A DNA stretch of 61,472 nt, the filler included, from Choristocarpus tenellus KU-1152 (lineage: Eukaryota; Protista; Phaeophyceae), in the NCBI GenBank assembly GCA_964200185.2. It is 13 parts of 13 records of this genome, joined end to end, with 100 filler letters (N's around TTAATTAATTAA, not from the genome) between each part and the next. Parts side by side here need not be neighbours in the genome. Positions count along the whole stretch, not along the records: positions 52,439 to 55,445 come from CAXNAD020022987.1; positions 55,546 to 58,435 come from CAXNAD020023892.1; positions 58,536 to 61,472 come from CAXNAD020023520.1; 10 more parts are not named here. One strand, given 5' to 3'. Under the pieces are notes generated by a model. That model was not told the origin of the DNA, did not search any database, and was given only the letters and a program-made list of their open reading frames with translations. A program made the translations under genes and the position numbers. Within the stretch, counting starts at the first letter, position 1, and each line of letters starts with the position of its first letter. Positions 52,640-61,472 of the stretch are shown here, piece after piece.

Positions 52640-53760
52640 CAATGAAGAAGAGGAATCCACTCTACCTTCAACGATATGAGTGTCAACAGAGTTGGAGAAG
52701 TCTGATTCTTGAGCAAGGCGTGCAAGAGGATATTTGTGATTTGGATGGCAGGGAAGTGTAGATTCATCTACCTAACCTCACAGATAGTCATAAGATGCTT
52801 GGGACCAAGATTGTGTTCACAATAAAATCGTATGATACTGTTGTGGTCGATGAAATAAAGACCCAGTTTGTCGTGCTTCGTTTTGGGCAAAGAAAGGGGG
52901 AGGATCAAATTCAGTTGTTTGCATCGACACCTATCCGTGTTTCTCTTTGCTTGCTACTTACATCAGCGGCGAAAAGTAAGTATGAACCGATTCACGTAAA
53001 TTGGAAAGATTTTTACCCGAACTGACCCAGAGGAGACACCCTGTGCGGAGCTACCAGAGGACATTGCAAAGTTTGATGGGGCAGTGAGTTGCTGAAGTCT
53101 CTGCATGGGATAGGCCGGTCTTCTCAGAACTAGGATATTCTGCTGATGAATGCTTCTTTGTTGGAGCGTGGATTCGAGAAATGTGAGCTTGATCAGTGAG
53201 CCAAAGTATCTTAGAGGGTAGAGCCGTGTCCATTTGGGAACCAAAATCCAATGTTGTCATTTTGATATAAAGTTGACTATTATGTTTGTTAGGAAATGTC
53301 AATATCTATGTGTTGGACACACCTGTTCATAACATACATACTGTACCTACTCCTAAACATTTTGGACTAGGAAAATGTCAAAAAGAACCAATGGGAAGCC
53401 AAGCCCCAAATGGACAAACAGGGCAAAACTCGTACCCTCTAAGATACTTTCACTCAGTGTTTACTTAGAGTAAATGTGGTAGGTGAGGTCGTTGTGAATA
53501 TCCTCAATGAAGTTCCACGGACGAATTTGGGTGAGGTGAACAAGTTCATGGTTTGCAGGATCAGGAGAAACCAGAGCTTGTACATTCAAGGTCTGGGCAA
53601 GAAACATAGGATTTGCACAATGAGGAAACGACCCTAGATCACCAAAAGGGTTGAGCAGGGACCGCCTATTCCAACTGGTGACAGATCGACGGTTGATGAT
53701 ACCCAGTGGGAGGCAATGATAACAAGAGGTTAATAGTTGAGGTTTCCTTTGAAGTCTCAA
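52640..53760 (-). mobile_element. Decayed Gypsy integrase C-terminal region, interrupted by MITE A
   Basis: LVHLTQIRPWNFIEDIHNDLTYHI..TDQAHISRIHA across the MITE resembles the GPY/F module. Confidence 0.35.
53198..53455 (-). mobile_element. MITE subfamily A, full length (258 bp), TSD AGT
   Basis: AGT|GAGCCAAAGTATCTTAGAGGGTA...TACCCTCTAAGATACTTTCACTC|AGT. Confidence 0.92.
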
Positions 53761-55372
53761 GAGTTGGCATCATGTGTTAAGAACATAGATTTGCTCTTTT
53801 CGGTTACATGCTGAGAGAGTGTTAGGCTATCAGTTCGGTGCTATAGAGCAAGATATTACTTTTCGAGACCTTAGCTCATATGGAAATGGACCGAGGATGT
53901 CAGCTAATTCCCAATACAGATGCCAAATATTGTGCAAACTGCAAGGACGGCAGGTTCTCTTCCGGTGGTGTAGTGATGTTTTGGGAAGTATGTTTTTATT
54001 TACTGGTCTAGAAAAAAATAAGCTAAACATTGCTACTAAAGTGGTCGTGTATGTTGCATTATGTGGGTTAGGGGCATAAGAGAGGTGTGTCTCTCAACTA
54101 GGCGCACATGTTCATGCAACTACATCAGGATTTGTCTGTGTCGATGCATGAGGAAAACGATGGTCTATCAAGATTGCTCAGAAGGCTGTATTTGGGAGGA
54201 CTGAACACATATATTATCAGTACCACGATGACGCCAGCTAGAAAGGAAAGGTAAAAAATACAATTCGGTACTTGCCTACCAAGTTCCAAGACGCGCATCT
54301 TATCATGAAGGGTCTCTCTAGGGAATCCAAATACTGCTACTACGATTAGGAGCCAAACCAGTTCAAGGTATGCAGGGTTACATTTTAAGAATCTGGAGAA
54401 TGGGCAGAAACATGCCATCTTGTACAATAGAAAAAAAAACTATATTGTGTGGTCACTTTATGCGGGCAAAGGGGGAATACCGATTTTTCAGACACTATCC
54501 TGCACAGAAGGCATCGTAAAATAGAGTGTGTTGCACAGGATAAGAAAGATGGCTCAAAATGTCTAAGGGCCCAAACCTGCCTACCCTTCAATTGGTTTGT
54601 CTCTAGCATGCGTACGATGGGGTAGTATTGATTTTGTGTTTTTCATGTTTGAAGGGATTGAGTTGTTGAATGAATGAGGGGCTCTACTTTCCACAATAGG
54701 ATTCACGCAGAGGAGTGTGTCAAGAATGTGCTTCTAATACTTGCGGAGAAAAGGATGTAAAAAACAAGCAGTGAACGGGAGAGAATAAACAGGAGAGAAT
54801 AAGGTGTTGTCTGAAGGGTAGCAAAAAATTGTCGCTAGAAGTGTGTGATGAATGAGGGGAATGAGGTGGTGCTGGCAAATTAGCTTCATCATTCAGGGAT
54901 TAAATCTCTCCTTTTTTTCCTCAAAATTTATCCTGCCTGACCCACCGAGAAATGAATCAATACCCTACATTTACATCTGGGTTTCTAAGCGAACAACATT
55001 TTTTTCATAGATGTTCAAGAGTATATATCCGCCAATTTCGGTTTCTCTAAGCACAAAAAATTGGAATTTCATAATTGGATGTCAGAGGATTTCGGCACTC
55101 AGCTTTCTTCAGTAGGAGTAGTGCGTGGAGTCATGTTTATGAATGTTTCCTACCACAGCTTCGTGAATAGAAAATATCTGAAAAAAAACATAAAAGCACA
55201 GCAGACTTAAGAAAAAGAAGAGAGTGAACTCTACAAGAGTGTCAGCATTGTTTTAGCTTTTCCAACCACAACTGGGATGTCAAATGTGAAAGAGGTGAAG
55301 GGTGAAATATCATCAGTCCATCTGCAGTCGGAATGCACCCAAGAATCCTCATTTGTTATATCATCTGGTGTC

Positions 55373-55445
55373 GACCCAAAGTATCTGGGGGGGGGGGAAG
55401 ATCTACACCAGAGTGTCCATTTCGACCAAAACCAGGAAAAGTGCA
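55373..55445 (+). mobile_element. MITE subfamily B, left end (cut by contig end)
   Basis: GACCCAAAGTATCTGGGG..CTACACCAGAGTGTCCATTT. Confidence 0.8.
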
Positions 55446-55559
55446 NNNNNNNNNNNNNNNNNNNNNNNNNNNNNNNNNNNNNNNNNNNNTTAATTAATTA
55501 ANNNNNNNNNNNNNNNNNNNNNNNNNNNNNNNNNNNNNNNNNNNNGGGGGGGGGGGGGG

Positions 55560-56242
55560 GGTGGAAAGTTTGGGGCGACTGCGGCAGCAGGAGCGGTGAG
55601 GGTGACGAGGGGAGGGGGGATGGGGATCTTTTACCGGAGGTGACCTTAGCGCCACACAAGCAGATGACAGGTGGATTGTCAGGTGTTAGGGAAGGGAGGA
55701 GCGGTGGGGATGAAGCGGACCTGTCGCTGCCGCTGCTGGGGTCCCTGACTGATGTGGTAGGGGAGGGGGAAGGCCTGAGCACAGACCCGTTCAACAGAAA
55801 CAGCGCTTCGTACAGAGGTGGTTACGGTTATCGAGGTGGGTACGGTTCTCCTTCCGTCTTACTCGGTGACGGCGCTGGCCAGCGCACTGGACTTGGAAGC
55901 AAAGGGTGGGGGTTGGAGAGGGGGGGTCACAAGAGAGGTGGAGGCGAGGAAGGTGGGCTTGGTGGGGGGTGGGGTTTCAGTGCTGGGGGTACAGGTGTTG
56001 GCACAAGGGCAGTGCCGCCTGTGATGAGAGAGAGTATGGATGTGGACCAGGGTCCATTTTGTCCGTTTGATTCGGAGACAGATATTCCCGTGGGTGTTGA
56101 TGGGACCAGTGCAGGCGGGAGGAGAGTAGGTGCAGTGGGAAGTGGGCCGAAATCTATGGAGGCAATGGGGGGTGCGATGGGCAGGGGCGGGGGCATGGGG
56201 ATGAGCGCTGGAGATTACGAGGGAGATGAGGTGTTCTGCTAA
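55560..56242 (+). CDS. Gly-rich terminal exon of an unidentified gene
   Basis: Open frame of more than 200 codons, ending DYEGDEVFC-TAA, followed by an abrupt switch to AT-rich UTR-like sequence. Confidence 0.5.
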
Positions 56243-58587
56243 TTTATTTGATGAGATGAAAAGACCGATGTGCAAAAGGGTGAAAATATTAACAAAATAT
56301 TAAATATTAACACCAAATAGAGAGTTGGGGAGGGGGAGCAAACTAGTCCATTTGTGCATAGTTTTGTACATACCTCTATAAATATCCTCTGTGTGTGCGT
56401 ATTGTTTTTTTTCTCCAACTGTTGTGTTGTACAGTACCTTTTTCGTAGAGTGCTCACATTGCCCAGGACAGCCTCTGGGGAGCTGGAGGGTGTGGGGTGA
56501 CCAATGGTGGCTCCAACTGACTGTACTGTACATCACCACGTATTTCTTGCTTTGACAGAGCAAACAAGTGGTGTGTCGTTTTTCCGCTCCCCTGTCGCAG
56601 TGAGTCGATGCTGTTTGGGTACATGCCGTAGTGTCTCCTACATTGTTTTGCACCAGTCAGATAGTATATCCTTTTTGTCTGCTTCTATAATGCTCTAGAG
56701 GGGACTGACTGTATAATGGAATGGATGTGCTGTGGATGCTTCAATGAGCCCTCTCCTTGGGAGCACAACTTTTCCACTTTCCTGATCCCTGCTCTAGAAA
56801 GGAGGGGGCTGTCTACTCCTTGGGGAGGCAGTATCTGCGATGCATGAACCTTGTGTAAGACAGAGGGATGGCAAGATGCCAGTCCAATTAACCACAAGGG
56901 TTTTTCTTTGCACTTGCAAAATCATTCAGAGATGTTCGTTAATGAATGTCCTTAGATTTGTGCTCGAAACTTGAAGAGGTCAACCCGATTTTGAAAAACC
57001 AAGGATGCATGGTTCCAAAACGTTGGTTGAGTGCAAGCAAGACTTGGAACGAACATGGACCCTTGTTCCATCTCTGCAGGACAGCATAGCACAAATCTGG
57101 TCCTTCATCAACACAAATTTGTGTGTGGGTGTGTGGGAGGTGTAGAATAGCACTGGCTGCTTCACATAGGTGTAAAGTTTAAAGTGATTGCTTTATACCC
57201 ACATCATTGCACCGCCATCGCTGCCTTCCATAACGCTCGATCAATATCCTCTCTGGGATTGTCTTGTGGTGTGACACACAAGATCCTCATCTCTGGCTTG
57301 CTGCAATGGGAGACTTATTTGTTTAGAAAGAAAGCTTGGAGCCAACCCCACCTCCTTTTGCCTCTAGCAGCGCCCCCTTACCGACTGCTTAGAATCTCAG
57401 GATATAGTGCTGCCAAACTCTTGCCTCCAAGGGCAAAAAAAAAAAGTTGGAGCAATTAACCCTTCAAAATATGACTACTGTGCAGTGGTGACGCCCTCCG
57501 CTAAGGGTGCCGTTTTTTCCCACTTTTTCCAGGAAGTATTTTCTGTGACCCACACGGTCAGACCAGCCCAAATACACCTTCAGTATCAATTGTAATGCAT
57601 GACAAAACTATTTGAATGGTAACAATCCACAAGAACACGAAACAGGCTCCCAAATTAGACTATAAGAAGACATCAAGTTGAAGCCGTCTTGTGTTTGTGT
57701 CAAATCATCGATTTTCTCAAGAAATTGGAGATAGCTGCAGACTAAATATGTATGGTGATCAGTGGTTCTCCAGGTGTGTGTGTGTTGTACCATGATGGTA
57801 TAAACTAAACCTGTTTTACCTTCAGTTTCTCTCAGTTTCAAACCATACTATCAACTTAGCCCCCCCTCTCTCTCTCTCTTTTGTTCCATGGACTTAGAAG
57901 ACAGAGCCAAAGTAAAAGAGAGGCCACCCCAGGTCTCGTTCATTTCCCATTTAAAACCAATTTTCTTTAAATCCTTTGCAATTTACCCTCATTTATATGG
58001 ATGAAATGCTAAGATTAACCCAAAGGGTGTTAATCTATCTGTAGTTCAAAAAAATCGGACAAGAGCCCAGAATAGCAATATTATGGTGCTTGTACAAAAA
58101 CACCACCTTTGCACATTTGTCACTATCACTATCCTTACAAACTGCAACCCTACATACCTACATACCTCTCGTTTACGTTTGCTCAACAACCCTAACCCTA
58201 ACTCATCAACTCAGGAAAAAAATATATCAGTGGAAAGCAGAAGACCATCCATCCCCTTTGACTCGACTGAGCGTCTTCTTCATGTCGATGCACTCACTCT
58301 CTCTCAGCACTCATCACTCATCACTCGATTGTGTTTCAATCTGATAGAACACCTCAACCACAACTCTTCACGCTGCTTCTTTTCCCCCCCCCCCCCCCCC
58401 CCCCCCCCCCGCCTCTCCCCCACCCACCCCCCCCCNNNNNNNNNNNNNNNNNNNNNNNNNNNNNNNNNNNNNNNNNNNNTTAATTAATTAANNNNNNNNN
58501 NNNNNNNNNNNNNNNNNNNNNNNNNNNNNNNNNNNCCCCAAACGTTTTTTTGTTTTTTTTTCTTGTGAAAATGCCTTCCATGTCAAG

Positions 58588-59362
58588 GTGGAGGTGTGTA
58601 ACCGAATGAAACTGCTTCAGTTCAAGGAGGACCACCGGCCGCCGTACTGGGGCACCTGGTCAAAGACTAGCACAGAGGTCTCAGGGCGTAGACCCCTTGG
58701 AAGGGACAAGCAGGGGATTCTTAACTATGACTACCACTCGGAGGGTGAGGGTAAAGACTTGGGAGGCGTCTATTATCACTGTTTTTGAATATGTATTTAC
58801 AACATACATACGTAATAATACATATATATATACATACATATAATACATGCATGCATATACACATAATACATACCTAATACAATATATATATCCACTCAAG
58901 TGGGGCTATGGTGTATGACTATCTCTAATGCCAACCAATTTTTGACATAATTTTTTTTATTGAGTTTTATAATATAATACTGTTTTTTTTAATGTAATCT
59001 CTAACCGCAGTACCATTCGACCTACTTCTGATCACATTTAGAGATCAAAATTGAGATTTTAACTATAGTGGTACTGCTTTGGTTGGCAACCTGACAACCC
59101 AAAGGGCTCTCTCTCTCTCTCTCTATTTCACCCTCTCTTGGAAACCCTGTTGAGGCATTATCACCTAACCCTAACCCTAAGTACACCTATTATTTGCCGC
59201 CAACTACCATGCCCCTTTCTCCCCGCCCTCCCACATTCAGAGGACTGGGAAGAAGACATGCCGGGCGAAGAGCTGCTGTCTGAGGATGAGGAGGGGGATA
59301 AGGAGCTGGAAGATGGACTGGATTACAAGGTGTTTTGGTGTTTCTTTTTTTGTTTTCTTCTT

Positions 59363-59399
<37 letters not shown>

Positions 59400-61472
59400 A
59401 CACACACACACACACATAACACACACACAACACATAACACACACACAACACATAACACACACACACTGGCACCCCCTTTTTTGGTTACTTTTTCATTTCA
59501 ACTCTGTTTTTTTAAATTTTGTTAAGAGACTCCTACATGATGCACACTGACTTGGCTTGGCTGGTTTGGCTGTGTAATGCATCAGTGTTGGATCTGCAAA
59601 CGCTCAGAAATAATGGTAGAAAACCCACCCCTGGTCTTTGGTAAAAGGATGTGAGATTGTTCAACCAGTAGTTTCAGGCCTTGTTTGGTGTGAAAACCAA
59701 AACCTAGAGTTGAAGTGTCACTATCACAACAGGGGGTGGTGGTTGTGAGACAGCCAACCCAAAGGTAACATTTCTGACCAATGACAAGACAAGCTATCTA
59801 CATACAAAATACATACATACATACATAATACATCTGCATATTTATGTTTTTCTGACTGTTGAATTGCTGTTCATGAATGATCAAATAAGGTAAAACACCA
59901 CGAACACTATAGAGTGTAGTTGGTTGAATTGACCCATAAAACCCATTGCCCACGACAACGCCTGGGTCAAATTGACTTTGTGAACTCTGTTCCCAGGACA
60001 AAACTGTGAATGCCATTTCTTGTGTAACTCCCGTTGTGTTAGCAAACGCTCGTGCCACATGTGCTACTTGCATGGATGGCGTCTGTCTTCCAGCAGTATA
60101 CTGACATGTAGAGTACAATTATCACAATAAAGCTCTACGCCGATTGCTTGGTATCATCCATTGCCATTTCTGGAAGGCGTGAACGGCTTTAAAGAGAGAG
60201 ACACGCCACTTCAGCTCCATATGCAGGCACCTTTGTGGCAGAATTCTACATATCTTGCAAGGGTGCATTGGTTATGCATTGGTTATGCATTGGTTAGCCC
60301 TAACCCTGGGACCATTTCGATTGGAAGTATTGGTGTTGTACATACTACACTTCTGTTCCAGCAAAGGCCTGAAGTCATTTGGCCCTCTGCCTTAGGTTGT
60401 CTGGGAAAACTCTTAGAGCGGTTTAATTTGTCTCGTCACATCACATCACATCACATCACATCATGCCAGATCATGTCATGCCATGCCATGTCCATTGTAG
60501 GGACAACACTCAAAGGCTATTTGGTAACGATTTGGTCGGTAAAGTCCTCTGTTGAGCAAACGCTTGAAGCTCAAGCCTATTTGGTCTGTAACCTGTGTTG
60601 TCCAGACAACACCGCCTGGTTGTGTTTTAGGCTAAGGCATTGTGTTGTGTTGTGTGAGTGTTATGTTTTTATGGAGGTGCGTGTATGATTGTAAAATGTC
60701 ACTATCAGTCATTACTATCAGTCATTACTATCAGTCATTACTATCAGTCATTACTATCAGTCTATCAGTAGCAAGTGGAATGAACACTGATAGTAATGAA
60801 CACCATCGTCCAATAGACTACCGATTACAATGCTGTAAGACCAACAGTATTCTTGTACAGGTGTTTTTGGTGTCACTTGTGCAGGTGTTGTTTCCACTGT
60901 ACAGGCGTTTTTGGTGTCACTTGTGCAGGTGTTTCCATTGTACAGGCGTTTTTGGTGTCACTTGTTCAGGTGTTGTTTCCATTGTACAGGTGTTTTTGGT
61001 GTCACTTGTGCAGGTGTTGTTTCCATTGTACAGGCGTTTTTGGTGTCACTTGTGCAGGTGTTTCCACTGTACAGGCGTTTTTGGTGTCACTTGTACAGGT
61101 GTTGTTTCTATTGTACAGGCGTTTTTGGTGTCACTTGTACAGGTGTTGTTTCCATTGTACAGGCGTTTTTGGTGACGTCAGAAGAAATGAGCCCTGGCAA
61201 TCAGGCTCACTTCAATGCCCTCATTTTTACTCTAACCCTAACCCTGAACTCCTCCTGATCCTTTTTAAAAAATCAGGATGGATGGCTTCGCCAGGATGGA
61301 GAGTTCAGTGAGGACGAAATGGAGCGGGATGGTGATGGGGCTGGCCCAGGGACACCTTATTCCCCATCCTGTGGTGCCACAGGTTCCAACCCCCAGGGCT
61401 TCGCCCTCGATGTTGGAGAAGGGGTCAGGGTGGGTGCTGGGGCGTGGGGTGGCAAAGGCTCTGTTGCAATGG
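58588..61472 (+). CDS. CHAF1A: Chromatin assembly factor 1 subunit A (p150/FAS1/Cac1), internal exons 58588-58744, 59241-59329, 61277-end
   Basis: MKLLQFKEDHRPPYWGTWSK..RRPLGRD..LNYDYHSE/EDWEEDMPGEEL..LDYK/DGWLRQDGEFSEDE; phase-consistent junctions. Confidence 0.92.
60701..60768. repeat. 13-bp minisatellite (ACTATCAGTCATT) x about 4.5
   Basis: Direct inspection. Confidence 0.9.
60853..61174. repeat. 44/41-bp minisatellite x7.5 in the CAF-1A intron
   Basis: TTGTACAGGCGTTTTTGGTGTCACTTGTGCAGGTGTTGTTTCCA units, head to tail with no spacers. Confidence 0.95.

Noticed and set aside
60853-61174. CRISPR-like array, and Cys-rich repeat ORFs in three frames
   Set aside because: No unique spacers or cas genes; it lies in a eukaryotic intron, and the ORFs arise from a stop-free repeat.
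16515-61472. Apparent cluster of histone H3-H4 chaperone genes (UBN and CAF-1A)
   Set aside because: They lie on different, artificially concatenated contigs; no linkage can be inferred.

Overview
Eukaryotic, intron-rich, repeat-rich draft assembly. The window is not one locus: it is 13 short contigs joined by 12 artificial 100-nt linkers (N-TTAATTAATTAA-N). Organism is inferred to be a stramenopile, probably a brown alga or relative (many GT-AG introns, TTAGGG/CCCTAA repeats, style of TE remnants). Genes or gene fragments recognised by splicing exons by eye: V-ATPase subunit c (last exon), an ankyrin-like repeat gene, ubinuclein/HPC2 (8 exons), a complete GT61 glycosyltransferase, SSADH (last 2 exons), a TatD-associated radical SAM homologue, pirin, and CAF-1 large subunit (3 exons). 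Mobile DNA: Ty3/Gypsy pol, Copia RT and RTE-LINE remnants, two plant-type (Stowaway-TIR) mariner elements with D40D and D37D spacing, a long-TIR foldback element, and an abundant two-subfamily MITE system (about 15 copies or ends, G(A/G)nnnAAAGTATCT termini, variable 3-bp TSD). Most notable: that MITE system, dense short telomeric-repeat tracts interrupting old coding sequence, the atypical mariners, and the intron-containing prokaryote-type radical SAM gene. No CRISPR array or structural RNA gene could be supported. All protein calls are by motif recognition, not database search.
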